From: Bacillales bacterium UBA1427
GTDB taxonomy: Bacteria > Bacillota_I > Bacilli_A > ML615J-28 > CAG-313
Reading direction: 5' to 3'
Length of the DNA: 64,000 nucleotides
Assembly: GCA_002329485.1 (NCBI GenBank)
Contig: DCTZ01000005.1
Coordinates: 26,332 to 90,331 of the forward strand
This document shows, one piece after another, positions 6,630-16,297 of the stretch (positions are counted from its first letter, which is position 1; every line of letters starts with the position of its first letter). The notes under the pieces were generated by a model. That model ran no database searches. It had not been told where the DNA came from and was given only the letters and a program-made list of their open reading frames with translations. Position numbers and translations under genes: made by a program.

Positions 6630-9410
6630 ATGGATGATTACGATGACATTAAAGAATTCGACGAAGAGTTAGACGACGATCTGGACAACGAAGACGAAGA
6701 CATCGACGAAGAAGCAAATGATTCTGAAGAAGAACTGGCAGAAGACGGCGATCAAGACGAAACCGAAGACGGCACCTCCGACAGCGGCGATGACGACGAA
6801 AACGGATCTGGCTTTCTTTCCGACAACGGAAGAGGCGAAAAAGACGTCAATTTAACCAGCGAAATGAAGAATTCGTTCCTAAGCTATGCCATGAGCGTAA
6901 TCGTTTCGCGGGCCCTCCCGGATGTAAGAGACGGTTTGAAGCCGGTTCACCGCCGGATTCTTTACGCGATGAACGAACTAGGAGTCTACAGCGACCGTCC
7001 GCACAAAAAATCGGCCCGTATCGTCGGGGACGTTATTGGTAAATACCATCCGCACGGCGACAGTGCCGTCTACGAAGCGATGGTTCGGATGGCGCAGGAT
7101 TTCTCATACCGTTATCCGTTGGTCGACGGACACGGCAATTTCGGTTCGGTCGACGGCGACGGCGCCGCCGCAATGCGTTACACCGAAGCAAGACTATCGA
7201 AAATCGCAGCCGAAATGCTGCGGGATCTCAACAAAAACACGGTCGATTTCCAGGACAACTACGACGGTTCCGAAAAAGAACCGGTTGTTCTGCCTTCCCG
7301 AATTCCCAATCTCCTGGTCAACGGAGCGACGGGTATTGCGGTCGGTATGGCAACCAATATTCCGACCCACAATCTTTCGGAAGTAATCGACGGCGTTTTG
7401 GCTCTGATCAAAAATCCGGATATTACGGTTGACGAACTGATGGAATATATTCCGGCGCCGGACTTTCCGACCGGCGGAATCATCGTCGGCGTCAAAGAAT
7501 TAAAAAATGCCTATGAAACCGGAACGGGCACAATAACGATAAGAGGAAAAGTCAAAGTCGAAAAGACCGCTTCCGGAAAACAGGAAATTATTATTACCGA
7601 AATACCTTTCCAGGTCAACAAAACCCGCCTGATCGAAAGAATCGCGGAAATCGCCAAGAACAAAACCATCGAAGGAATTACCGATTTGCGCGACGAATCG
7701 AACCGAAAAGGCATGCGCATAATCATCGAAACCAGACGCGACGTCAACAGCGCAGTAATTCTGAACAATTTGTACAAGCACACGCAGCTTCAGACAACCT
7801 TCGGTTTCAACATGATTGCACTGGACCACGGCCAACCAAGGGTTTTCAATCTGAAAACCATTTTGGAAAAATACCTGGAACACCAAGTGGAAGTTATTAC
7901 CAGAAGAACCGAATTTGATTTGGAAAAAGCCAAAGCAAGACTTCATATCGTGGAAGGTTTGCTTATTGCATTGGCCAATATCGACGAAGTTGTTCACGTA
8001 ATCAAAACTTCGAAAACACCGGATATCGCAGTTACCCGATTGACCGAAAACTTTTTGCTTACCGAAATCCAGGCCAAAGCAATCCTCGACATGCGTTTGC
8101 AGCGCTTGACGGGCTTGGAAATCGAGAAACTTCAGGCCGAATGCAAGGATCTTAAAGAACTGGTTGCTTATTTGGCGAGCATTCTCGAAAGCCATGACAA
8201 AAAAATGGCGGTTATCGTATCCGAACTTCGCGATATCCAAAAACGTTTCACGGACGAAAGAAGGACTCAAATCGACTATACGATGGATTTGGACGTAAGC
8301 GATGAAGATTTGATTCCTGTCGAAGATACGATTATTACGATTACCAACAAAGGCTATATCAAACGTCTGAATGTCGATGTGTACAAAACACAGCACCGCG
8401 GCGGAAAAGGAATTACCGGAGCGAGAATGCAGGAAAACGACTTTGTCGAACGGATTATTTACACATCCAGTCACGATAATCTGTTATTCTTCACCAACTT
8501 CGGCAAAGTGTACCTGCTTAAAGCGTTCCAAATACCTTACGGTAGCCGAACCGCCAAAGGTATTCCGCTGGTCAACTTGTTGAATTTCGACGAAGAGGAA
8601 CGGTTGACGGCGGTTGTCAATGTCGATACAATCGACAAAGACGGTTATCTGTTCTTTGCCACCAAAAAAGGCGGGGTCAAGAAAACCGAACTACGTCAAT
8701 ACAAAAATATCCGCACAGGCGGAATCAGAGCGATTATTTTGGCTCATAAAGACGAATTGATCGAAGTGGCTTTGACCGACGGAACCAAAGACATTATTAT
8801 CGGCGCATCCAGCGGAAAAGCCGTCCGTTTCAACGAGGAACAGGTTCGTCCGACCAACCGCGCCGCAAGCGGAGTTAAGGGAATTCAAATCGACAAAGGC
8901 CACCACGTTATCGGTATGGTTGTCGTCGACAGCGAAGACGACGAAATCATGATTATCACAACCAACGGTTACGGCAAGCGGACAAGTGTCAAAGAATTCA
9001 AATCCAAAGGCCGTAACGGCAAAGGGGTCAAATTCATCGATATTACCGAAAAGAACGGCCGACCTGCGTGCATGAAACTGGTCAAAGGCGAAGACGATTT
9101 GATTGTCATCACCGACAACGGTATGGTTATACGTACCAGCCTCGAACAGATTTCGACCATCGGACGCGATACCCAGGGAGTTAGAATCATTACACTCAAT
9201 GAAGGCAACACCGTGGCCGCCATCGCCATCGTTCCGAAGAGCGACGAATCGAACCGGGAAGACGAAGAAGAAGAAACCGAAGAAGATCTTCACATTCAGG
9301 AAAGCATCCGTCACCTCGACGAAGTGGATGACGAAATGGTCGGAGACGGCGATTACGAAGAAGATTATTCGGAAGAAGAAGCCGAAAATAACGAAGAAGA
9401 ATCGGAATAA
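6630..9410 (+). CDS. gyrA: DNA gyrase subunit A with acidic N-terminal extension and acidic C-terminal tail
   Basis: 926 aa. Core begins at [33 protein letters not shown]...[25 protein letters not shown] (active-site region). C-terminal beta-pinwheel repeats are present. AAGGAGG lies 8 nt upstream of the ATG at 6630. Confidence 0.95.
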   Translation: MDDYDDIKEFDEELDDDLDNEDEDIDEEANDSEEELAEDGDQDETEDGTSDSGDDDENGSGFLSDNGRGEKDVNLTSEMKNSFLSYAMSVIVSRALPDVRDGLKPVHRRILYAMNELGVYSDRPHKKSARIVGDVIGKYHPHGDSAVYEAMVRMAQDFSYRYPLVDGHGNFGSVDGDGAAAMRYTEARLSKIAAEMLRDLNKNTVDFQDNYDGSEKEPVVLPSRIPNLLVNGATGIAVGMATNIPTHNLSEVIDGVLALIKNPDITVDELMEYIPAPDFPTGGIIVGVKELKNAYETGTGTITIRGKVKVEKTASGKQEIIITEIPFQVNKTRLIERIAEIAKNKTIEGITDLRDESNRKGMRIIIETRRDVNSAVILNNLYKHTQLQTTFGFNMIALDHGQPRVFNLKTILEKYLEHQVEVITRRTEFDLEKAKARLHIVEGLLIALANIDEVVHVIKTSKTPDIAVTRLTENFLLTEIQAKAILDMRLQRLTGLEIEKLQAECKDLKELVAYLASILESHDKKMAVIVSELRDIQKRFTDERRTQIDYTMDLDVSDEDLIPVEDTIITITNKGYIKRLNVDVYKTQHRGGKGITGARMQENDFVERIIYTSSHDNLLFFTNFGKVYLLKAFQIPYGSRTAKGIPLVNLLNFDEEERLTAVVNVDTIDKDGYLFFATKKGGVKKTELRQYKNIRTGGIRAIILAHKDELIEVALTDGTKDIIIGASSGKAVRFNEEQVRPTNRAASGVKGIQIDKGHHVIGMVVVDSEDDEIMIITTNGYGKRTSVKEFKSKGRNGKGVKFIDITEKNGRPACMKLVKGEDDLIVITDNGMVIRTSLEQISTIGRDTQGVRIITLNEGNTVAAIAIVPKSDESNREDEEEETEEDLHIQESIRHLDEVDDEMVGDGDYEEDYSEEEAENNEEESE

Positions 9411-9444
9411 ACTTCGGAATTTACCGATAAAACGGACTAAATCC

Positions 9445-9473
9445 TTGACATCCGAAATAAAAGGTAATATAAT
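9445..9473 (+). promoter_or_regulatory. Consensus sigma-A promoter for the serS leader
   Basis: TTGACA (9445-9450), 17 nt, TATAAT (9468-9473). Confidence 0.8.
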
Positions 9474-9479
9474 TTATCA

Positions 9480-9720
9480 AAACCGATGAAGTGGATAAGT
9501 AGCGAAAGAGGTTATTTTAGAGAGTCAGTGGCTGGTGAAAACTGATATAACGGCTTTTGGCGAATCTACCACGGAGGCGAACTCGAAAGATGTTCCGGCT
9601 GCAAACCGTTATTTTTGCGAAAGGCGAGAACAGAGGTTTAAAAAAACTGTTCTAACCAGGGTGGTACCGCGGATTTAAAAAGTTCGTCCCTGTGCAACTA
9701 GTTTGCACAGGGCTTTTTTG
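9480..9720 (+). promoter_or_regulatory. T-box riboswitch leader, Ser (UCU) specifier, with intrinsic terminator
   Basis: AGTA (9498-9501) and GAA-TCT-A (specifier TCT at 9565-9567) form the S-turn/specifier loop. AGAGAG and GCTGGTGAAA are Stem I distal motifs. The canonical T-box AACCAGGGTGGTACCGCG is at 9654-9671. The terminator CCCTGTGCAA (9688-9697) pairs with TTGCACAGGG (9703-9712) and is followed by CTTTTTT. The downstream gene is serS. Confidence 0.9.
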
Positions 9721-9767
9721 TATTTAAATCCCGAAATATGTAAAAATAAAAAAAGGAGTGAATGTCA

Positions 9768-11045
9768 ATGTTGGATATCAAATTAATCAGAGAAGACGTC
9801 GAAGGAGTCATCAGAAGACTTCAGACACGCGGAGGGGATTACAGTTATTTAAGAACCGTTTACCAGCTCGACGAAGAAAGACGCAAGAATTTAATCAAAG
9901 TCGAAGCACTGAAAAACGAAAGAAACGAAAAAAGCCGCCAAATCGGTATCCTGAAGCGGGAAAAGCAGGATATCAGCGCCCTTATGCAAAGCGTTGGAAC
10001 CATCGGTGAAGAAATCAGGGTATTGGAAGACAAAGTAAAAGCTTTGGAAAAGCAAATCTACGATTATATGATGAATACGCCGAACCTGGTTTCCGAAACC
10101 GTTAAAATCGGAAAAGACGAAACGGAAAACCGGGAAATCCGGCGTTTCATGGAACCGACGAAATTCGCTTTTACTCCGCTCGATCACGCCGCATTGGGCG
10201 AAAAGCTGGACATTTTGGACTTTACCCGCGCCGCCAAGGTTACCGGAACGCGATTTGTTATTTACAAAGGTTTGGGCGCAAGACTCGAAAGAGCTTTGAT
10301 TCAGTTTATGATGGATCTTCATGCCAACAAGCAAAATTACGTGGAAATCATTCCGCCTTTCATCGTCAACCGTGCCAGCATGCTCGGAACCGGACAATTT
10401 CCTAAATTCGAAGAAGACGCGTATGCGGTGGGAGATAAGGAACTAGACTGGTTCCTAAATCCGACGGCAGAAGTCCCAACCATCAATATGCACCGCGACG
10501 AAATCATCGACGGCGCTTTGCTGCCTTTGAAATACACCTCCTTCACGACGGCTTTCCGTGCCGAAGCTGGCAGTGCCGGAAGAGATACCCGGGGTATCTT
10601 GAGACAACATCAGTTCAACAAAGTCGAACTGATCAAAATTACCAAACCGGAAGAATCTTACGACGAACTCGAAAAAATGCTGCTCGATTCCGAAGAAGTA
10701 TTGAAACTCTTGGAAATCCCTTACCGGGTTGTGGAACTTTGCACCGGAGACATGGGATTTGCCATGGCAAAGACTTACGATATCGAAGTATGGCTTCCGG
10801 GTCAGAACACGTACCGCGAAATCGGCTCGATTAGCAATGCGGAAGATTATCAGGCCAGACGGGCCAACATCCGGTTCCGCCGAACCAAAGACAGCAAAAC
10901 CGAATATGTCCACACTTTGAACGGTTCGGGTTTGGCGGTCGGAAGAACGGTTATTGCGGTTATGGAAAATTACCAGCAGGCCGACGGTTCCATCAAAGTA
11001 CCGAAAGTGTTGGTTCCGTACATGGGTGTTGAATACATAAGATAA
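9768..11045 (+). CDS. serS: Seryl-tRNA synthetase
   Basis: MLDIKLIRED..., N-terminal coiled-coil arm, class II motifs (FRAEAGSAGRDTRGILRQHQFNKVE; TLNGSGLAVGRT). The ATG at 9768 is 9 nt after AAGGAG. The track start at 9762 is too close to the RBS. Confidence 0.93.
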   Translation: MLDIKLIREDVEGVIRRLQTRGGDYSYLRTVYQLDEERRKNLIKVEALKNERNEKSRQIGILKREKQDISALMQSVGTIGEEIRVLEDKVKALEKQIYDYMMNTPNLVSETVKIGKDETENREIRRFMEPTKFAFTPLDHAALGEKLDILDFTRAAKVTGTRFVIYKGLGARLERALIQFMMDLHANKQNYVEIIPPFIVNRASMLGTGQFPKFEEDAYAVGDKELDWFLNPTAEVPTINMHRDEIIDGALLPLKYTSFTTAFRAEAGSAGRDTRGILRQHQFNKVELIKITKPEESYDELEKMLLDSEEVLKLLEIPYRVVELCTGDMGFAMAKTYDIEVWLPGQNTYREIGSISNAEDYQARRANIRFRRTKDSKTEYVHTLNGSGLAVGRTVIAVMENYQQADGSIKVPKVLVPYMGVEYIR

Positions 11046-11050
11046 CAAAA

Positions 11051-11071
11051 AAAGCCCTGTCGAAGGGCTTT
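11051..11071. terminator. Bidirectional terminator between serS and HIT gene
   Basis: AAAGCCCT-GTCG-AAGGGCTTT hairpin, flanked by an A-run and T-rich sequence. Confidence 0.7.
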
Positions 11072-11077
11072 AATTTG

Positions 11078-11476
11078 CTATTTTGTGATATTTTCGTGGA
11101 GTTTTTTGATTACCGCCATATCGGCAGGCTGATGCGGTTTACTAAATGAGATGCCGTCGTTTTCATATCGTGGTAAAATATGCATGTGGAAATGCGGCAC
11201 TTCCTGTCCCGCAAGTGGACCGCTGTTGTTCAACAGATTGAAATTGTCAACCCCAAGTTTGGTTTTCAGAATATGGGTAACCTCCAAAACGGCTTCCGAT
11301 ATTTCTTTGGCAATGTCCGGGTCAAGGCTCAACAAATCCCGATAATGTTTTTTGGGAATAACCAGCGTATGGCCTTTGGTTACCTGCGAAATATCCAAAA
11401 AAGCCAAAGTGTTGTCAGTTTCGTAAATTTTAAAACAAGGAATTTCACTGTTCACAATTTTACAAAATACGCACAT
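11078..11476 (-). CDS. HIT-family (HinT-like) nucleotide hydrolase
   Basis: MCVFCKIVNSEIP...KGHTLVIPKKH...VPHFHMHILPR (histidine triad HxHxH). Start is set at the Met preceding CVFCKI (AAGGA upstream); 11494 or 11521 are possible alternatives. Confidence 0.85.
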   Translation of the reverse strand: MCVFCKIVNSEIPCFKIYETDNTLAFLDISQVTKGHTLVIPKKHYRDLLSLDPDIAKEISEAVLEVTHILKTKLGVDNFNLLNNSGPLAGQEVPHFHMHILPRYENDGISFSKPHQPADMAVIKKLHENITK

Positions 11477-11565
11477 CGCAATCAATCCTTTCATTTGCTC
11501 TTGATATATCCATTGTAACAAAAAAACGGCAAAAAAGCAAAGAATAACAATACACGGGTGATAAA

Positions 11566-12123
11566 ATGCAATCGAAAAAACAACTTAAACACATCATCAT
11601 TATCTCCATGCTTATTTCGTTGGGAGCCGTTTTTTCGTATTTCGACGGTATTATCTCAAGCGCAATTCTGAGTCTGATGCCCGGGGTGGCACTGCTTTTC
11701 CCATATTTCAAATTCGGATTTGCAAACATCGTCATCTTGGTTCTGATTTACAATTACCGGTTTAACGAATGTGTTTTGGCGATTCTTTTAAAAACGCTGT
11801 TGGTCGGATTTATTTTGGGTCGGGGTTATTTCAATTTCATCCTCAGCTTTTCCGGGTCGATGCTCAGTTTTTTGGGAATGTGGTCGCTTAAAAAAATGCT
11901 TCCGGGCGAAAAAAACATGATTTTCATCAGCGCCATGGGCGGGTTTTTGCACATTCTCGGTCAGATTGGTTCCATTTTCCTGATTTTGGATCCGGGCGAT
12001 TTTCAGGCATTTCTCATTTATTCGCCGCTTTTCATTGTTTCGGGTTTCGTTACGGGAATACTTGTGGGAATCCTGACAAAAAAAGTAAATGCAAGCGTCT
12101 TTCAACACTTGCAAAACAGTTAA
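11566..12123 (+). CDS. Gx-transporter / Hpre_diP_synt_I-family integral membrane protein
   Basis: 185 aa, about 5 TM segments. FKFGFANIVILVLIY and overall similarity to the heptaprenyl-diphosphate-synthase-component-I-like membrane family. Family assignment is from memory. Confidence 0.55.
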   Translation: MQSKKQLKHIIIISMLISLGAVFSYFDGIISSAILSLMPGVALLFPYFKFGFANIVILVLIYNYRFNECVLAILLKTLLVGFILGRGYFNFILSFSGSMLSFLGMWSLKKMLPGEKNMIFISAMGGFLHILGQIGSIFLILDPGDFQAFLIYSPLFIVSGFVTGILVGILTKKVNASVFQHLQNS

Positions 12124-12126
12124 AGA

Positions 12127-12516
12127 TTAAAAACGGATGTAATCGATGTCGCCTTCGAAGGTGACGTAGGACAAATAAATCATCAGTAATAAATATGTTG
12201 TGTTAGTTTGGTTGTCGCGCAGAATCAAATGATCCCTGCCCGCTTCCAGTATTTCCCCCTTGAATATCTTAGAACCCCATTGACTGCCTTCGAAGTTCAT
12301 GTACACGACGGCAGTTTTTCCGCGATTTAGGCGCAAAATATTTTCGATGAACGATTGTTCAAAGAATTGGGCTCCCCCCACGGGTCCCTGAGGGAATTGT
12401 TGGGGAAAGAACGGCACGTTCATGCCGGGAAAAGATTGGCCGGCTTGGGCACCAAAAGGATTAACGGGAATTCCGGGTCCGAACTGACCCCATGGTTGTT
12501 GATAGTTGATTGTCAT
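12127..12516 (-). CDS. gerQ: Spore coat protein GerQ
   Basis: Q/P/G-rich N-terminus followed by QSFIENILRLNRGKTAVVYMNFEGSQWGSKIFKGEILEAGRDHLILRD...YLLLMIYLSYVTF, the conserved GerQ (YwdL) core. It lies directly downstream of cwlJ. Confidence 0.8.
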   Translation of the reverse strand: MTINYQQPWGQFGPGIPVNPFGAQAGQSFPGMNVPFFPQQFPQGPVGGAQFFEQSFIENILRLNRGKTAVVYMNFEGSQWGSKIFKGEILEAGRDHLILRDNQTNTTYLLLMIYLSYVTFEGDIDYIRF

Positions 12517-12618
12517 TTTTTATCGCCTCGAAATAAAACTTTCAAGTCTGCTCCTTTCTTTTTGCTTTTTTCGGTAATATATATGTGTTACGGGGTTAAA
12601 ATATGCCAAGCTTCAATG

Positions 12619-13041
12619 TCAGGCATAACACCTTTCACTTTCGACCGGCGCATAAAAGCAATGCGATTTATAGCGTCCGCTGTTCCATTGGCCGAACCAT
12701 TGGGCCGAACAGTCCGCATCCCCCGCATTGTAAAACCAAAGGGCAAAGGTTGCGGGGTGGAATCTTTCGCCCTGGAGGGCTCTTTTGGCCAGGCGGATTT
12801 CGTTTTCCCTGGCAGCCTGGTAAAAATAGGAACGGAGCGTCGATTCGAAACCTCCGGGACGCTGGAAGACCATCTGCTGGATGGTGCGGATGTTGCGAAA
12901 ATCCAAACAGTCCGCAAGCACCCGGTTAACCCCGACGTTTGCCACCATCAACATGGCGAGATTGCCGTCGGCTTCGGCCTCGGCACGGATTAAGCGGGCA
13001 AGCAGTTCCACTTCTTTTTCGTTGTGAGCGATAACAGCCAT
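12619..13041 (-). CDS. cwlJ: Spore cortex-lytic enzyme CwlJ (SleB/CwlJ hydrolase_2 family)
   Basis: 140 aa. LLARLIRAEAEADGNLAMLMVANVGVNRV...FQRPGGFES...RLAKRALQGE matches the CwlJ/SleB catalytic domain. Paired with gerQ. Confidence 0.8.
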   Translation of the reverse strand: MAVIAHNEKEVELLARLIRAEAEADGNLAMLMVANVGVNRVLADCLDFRNIRTIQQMVFQRPGGFESTLRSYFYQAARENEIRLAKRALQGERFHPATFALWFYNAGDADCSAQWFGQWNSGRYKSHCFYAPVESERCYA

Positions 13042-13077
13042 TGATTTCCTTCTTTCTTTTCCTTTTTTCTATTAACC

Positions 13078-13106
13078 ATCTTATGAAAAAAGTTCGTCGA
13101 TTATGA
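13078..13106 (-). promoter_or_regulatory. Candidate mother-cell (sigma-E-like) promoter for cwlJ-gerQ
   Basis: Minus strand reads TCATAAT (13106-13100), 14 nt, CATAAGAT (13085-13078). The textbook sigma-E pattern is ZHATAxx-14-CATACAHT. Match is by eye only. Confidence 0.3.
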
Positions 13107-13185
13107 AATATTTCTACAACAATTGCAATTATTGCCGTTTTAACGTATACTAGATATAGTCAAGTAAAAAAAGTGAGGTAGGATT

Positions 13186-13734
13186 ATGAATATTTGGCAT
13201 GACATGAGACAAGAAAGAATTACCCCAGAAAGTTTTATTGCGGTGATTGAAATTTCCAAAGGCAGCAAAAAGAAATACGAGTTGGACAAAGAGACCGGCC
13301 TTTTGATTTTGGACCGCATTCTTTACACTTCGACCCATTATCCGGCCAATTACGGTTTTATTCCGCGTACATTTGCCAAGGACCGCGACCCTCTGGATGT
13401 CCTGGTTTTATGCAGCGAAGAATTGGAACCATTAAGCATGGTTAAATGCTATCCGGTCGGGGTTATCCGAATGATTGACGAAGAACAGGAAGACCACAAA
13501 ATCATTGCCATCCCGTTCGAAGATCCGAACTGGAACTATTTTCACGAAATGAGCGAACTTCCTCCGCATTTGAGTCAGGAAGTCGAACACTTTTTCCAGG
13601 TTTACAAAACGCTGGAACATAAAGAAACTACCGGTTTCGAAGTATTGGGAAGGAAGGAAGCGCTTCGGATTATTGAAGAAAGCATCGTAAGTTATCAGGA
13701 AATATTCGGCGACGGCCAAAAAAATTGCAAATAA
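13186..13734 (+). CDS. ppa: Inorganic pyrophosphatase, family I
   Basis: 182 aa. VIEISKGSKKKYELDKETGLLILDRILYTSTHYPANYGFIPRT...DPLDVLVL is the classic Ppa signature. Confidence 0.92.
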   Translation: MNIWHDMRQERITPESFIAVIEISKGSKKKYELDKETGLLILDRILYTSTHYPANYGFIPRTFAKDRDPLDVLVLCSEELEPLSMVKCYPVGVIRMIDEEQEDHKIIAIPFEDPNWNYFHEMSELPPHLSQEVEHFFQVYKTLEHKETTGFEVLGRKEALRIIEESIVSYQEIFGDGQKNCK

Positions 13735-13754
13735 ATCACCAAGGAGGAAAAACA

Positions 13755-15422
13755 ATGCGTTCCGATATTGAAATTGCAAACAGCGCAAAAATAGAAAAAA
13801 TAACCAACATTGCGAAAAAGCTCGGCATCGAAGAAGACGAAATCGAGCTTTACGGCAGCAATAAAGCCAAACTAAGTATCGAGTTGCTGAAGCGAATCGA
13901 AAACAATCCCGACGGCAAACTGATTTTGGTGAGCGCGATGACACCCACTCCGCTCGGCGAAGGAAAATCGACCACGACCGTGGGACTTGTCGATGCGCTT
14001 TGGAAGCTCGGCAAAAAAACTGTCGGCGCCTTAAGAGAACCGTCCCTGGGACCGGTTTTCGGCCTGAAAGGCGGAGCTGCCGGAGGAGGATATGCCCAGG
14101 TCAATCCAATGGTTGATCTGAATCTCCATTTTACCGGCGATCTGCACGCTATCACCTGCGCCAACAATTTGATCAGCGCCTGCATCGACAATCATATATA
14201 TCAGGGCAACGAACTGAATATCGATCCGAAACGCATTGTTTGGCAGCGCTGCATGGATCTAAACGACCGCGCTCTCCGAAACGTAATCGTGGGACTAGGC
14301 GCTCCGACCGACGGCGTGGTCCGTCCGGAACGGTTCAACATCACCGTGGCAAGCGAAATCATGGCCATCCTTTGCCTTGCCAAAGATATGAACGATTTGC
14401 GTTCCCGAATCGACCGAATCGTTATAGGCTACACCTACGACAAAAAAGCAGTAACCGTCAAAGATTTGGGAGTCACGGGTTCCGTTTTGGTAATACTGAA
14501 AGATGCGATGAAGCCGAACCTCGTGCAGACCCTGGAAAACAATCCGGTTTTGGTTCATGGCGGACCGTTTGCGAACATCGCCCACGGCTGCAATTCCATC
14601 ATGGCCACCAAAGCGGCTCTCAAGTTAGCCGATTACGTGGTTACCGAAGCCGGTTTCGGCGCCGATTTGGGTGCGGAAAAATTCCTGGACATCAAATGCC
14701 GGGTTGCCAGAATCAAACCGAGCGCCGTTGTCATCGTCGCCACCATCAAAGCGCTTAAATACCACGGCAAAGTCAAAGCCCAGGACGTACAGAAAGAAAA
14801 CGTCGAAGCGATGGTGCAAGGACTTGCCAATCTAGAAAAACATATCGACACCGTCAAGAAATTCAATCTTCCGTATGTGATCTCGCTCAACCGTTTTGCC
14901 AGCGACACCGATTCGGAAATCGCAACCCTACTCGAATGGGCCAAGACCAACAACCATCCGCTTGCCATCAGCGAAGTATGGGCCAAAGGCGGCGAAGGCG
15001 GAATTGATCTTGCGCAAAAAGTTCTTGCGGCCTGCGAAAAAAACCAAACCTACAGTCCGCTTTACGAATTGAACGAAAGCGTCAAAGAAAAGATTCAAAA
15101 GATTGCCTATACGTGTTACGGGGCGGGCAAAATCGTCTTTACGGACGAAGCCGAAAAAGTAATCAAACAAGTTCAGGACACCGATTATCAAAACTTCTAT
15201 ATCTGTATGGCCAAAACGCCGCTCTCTTTGACAGACAATCCGAAGTTGGTCGGCGCCCCTAAGGGTTTCACCGTCACCATCAGAGAAATCCGTATTTCTG
15301 CGGGTGCGCAGTTTTTGGTTTGTCTGACCGGGGATGTCATGACGATGCCGGGGCTTCCGAAAGAGCCGAACGCGGTAAAAATCGACATCGACGACAACTT
15401 CGCGATTCACAATTTATCTTAA
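13755..15422 (+). CDS. fhs: Formate--tetrahydrofolate ligase
   Basis: MRSDIEIANSAKIEKI...TPTPLGEGKSTTTVGL...GGGYAQV...HGGPFANIAHGCNS. AAGGAGG lies upstream of the ATG at 13755. Confidence 0.95.
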   Translation: MRSDIEIANSAKIEKITNIAKKLGIEEDEIELYGSNKAKLSIELLKRIENNPDGKLILVSAMTPTPLGEGKSTTTVGLVDALWKLGKKTVGALREPSLGPVFGLKGGAAGGGYAQVNPMVDLNLHFTGDLHAITCANNLISACIDNHIYQGNELNIDPKRIVWQRCMDLNDRALRNVIVGLGAPTDGVVRPERFNITVASEIMAILCLAKDMNDLRSRIDRIVIGYTYDKKAVTVKDLGVTGSVLVILKDAMKPNLVQTLENNPVLVHGGPFANIAHGCNSIMATKAALKLADYVVTEAGFGADLGAEKFLDIKCRVARIKPSAVVIVATIKALKYHGKVKAQDVQKENVEAMVQGLANLEKHIDTVKKFNLPYVISLNRFASDTDSEIATLLEWAKTNNHPLAISEVWAKGGEGGIDLAQKVLAACEKNQTYSPLYELNESVKEKIQKIAYTCYGAGKIVFTDEAEKVIKQVQDTDYQNFYICMAKTPLSLTDNPKLVGAPKGFTVTIREIRISAGAQFLVCLTGDVMTMPGLPKEPNAVKIDIDDNFAIHNLS

Positions 15423-15439
15423 TGTAGGAGGTTATGATA

Positions 15440-16297
15440 ATGACAATTTTGGACGGCAAATCCTTAAGCAAACAGATAAAAACAGAACTAAAGGCCAAAG
15501 TCGCCGACTTGGTCGTAAAATCCGGTATAAAACCGGGCCTGGCCATCGTCGAAGTCGGAAGCGACCCGGCGAGCGAAATATATGTGCGCAACAAAATCAA
15601 GTCCGCAAACTTTGTCGGCATCGAGGCGAGACTAATCAAAAAAGATGAATCGATTACCCAGGAAGAACTCCTTAAGCTGATTGATGAACTTAACGCAGAC
15701 GTTTCCGTTCACGGCATCATCGTGCAACTTCCGTTACCAAAACACCTAGACGAAAGAGCCGTCATCGACTTAATCGATCCAGACAAAGACATCGACGGGT
15801 TCGGCGTATTGAACAAAGGAAAACTGTTCAGCGGAATGAAATGTTTTCAGCCGGCCACGCCTCTCGGCGTCATGAAACTGCTCGATGCTTACAATATTCC
15901 ACTGAAAGGCAAAGAAGCCGTGGTGGTCGGAAGAAGCAATATTGTCGGAAAACCGATGGGAATGATGCTTCTATTGCGCGACGCGACCGTGACGATTGCG
16001 CACCGCTATACCGTCGATTTGAAAAAAATCACCAAAGAAGCCGATATATTGGTGGTTGCGGTGGGCAAGAAAAATCTAATTACGGCGGACATGATCAAAC
16101 CGGGAGCCGTGGTCGTGGATGTGGGAATCAACCGGGAAGGCGACAAAATTTATGGCGACGTCGATTTCGACAACGTTTCGCAGGTGGCTTCCCATATTAC
16201 GCCCGTTCCGGGCGGCGTGGGACCGCTGACGATTGCGGCGCTTCTTGCCAACACCGTGGAAGCATACGAAAATAAAATTCAAGGGATAGTACTATGA
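15440..16297 (+). CDS. folD: Bifunctional methylene-THF dehydrogenase / methenyl-THF cyclohydrolase
   Basis: ILDGKSLSKQIK...PASEIYVRNK...HGIIVQLPLP...GRSNIVGKPM...TPVPGGVGPLTIA. The ATG at 15440 is 8 nt after AGGAGG. Confidence 0.95.
   Translation: MTILDGKSLSKQIKTELKAKVADLVVKSGIKPGLAIVEVGSDPASEIYVRNKIKSANFVGIEARLIKKDESITQEELLKLIDELNADVSVHGIIVQLPLPKHLDERAVIDLIDPDKDIDGFGVLNKGKLFSGMKCFQPATPLGVMKLLDAYNIPLKGKEAVVVGRSNIVGKPMGMMLLLRDATVTIAHRYTVDLKKITKEADILVVAVGKKNLITADMIKPGAVVVDVGINREGDKIYGDVDFDNVSQVASHITPVPGGVGPLTIAALLANTVEAYENKIQGIVL

Noticed and set aside
7500-8474. Long antisense ORFs opposite well-supported genes. Examples: 7500-8474 and 8691-9314 (gyrA), 10455-11048 (serS), 16603-17502 (pth/mfd), 34626-35405 (secY), 41523-42344 (ecfA2), 43593-44243 and 44152-44760 (truA and downstream), 47102-47767 (amidase 2), 58169-58708 (nifJ), 62743-63435 (sufC).
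   Set aside because: Each lies entirely opposite a gene with unmistakable conserved motifs, and none has a convincing RBS. Their translations are low complexity (F/V/R/S-rich), as expected from the reverse complement of GAA/GAC/AAA-rich codons. They are shadow ORFs created by codon bias.
9758-10009. An 83-aa ORF overlapping the serS 5' end in another frame. Similar nested same-strand ORFs include 7036-7386, 14240-14758, 15841-16275, 40487-40825, 46264-46603 and 49944-50393.
   Set aside because: All are embedded in genes with strong homology signatures. Their products are Arg/Ser/Lys-rich frame-shift-style translations, and none has an RBS.
12355-12993. A 212-aa plus-strand ORF spanning the gerQ-cwlJ region.
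   Set aside because: It is antisense to two recognisable sporulation genes and crosses their intergenic spacer. Its translation has no recognisable features.
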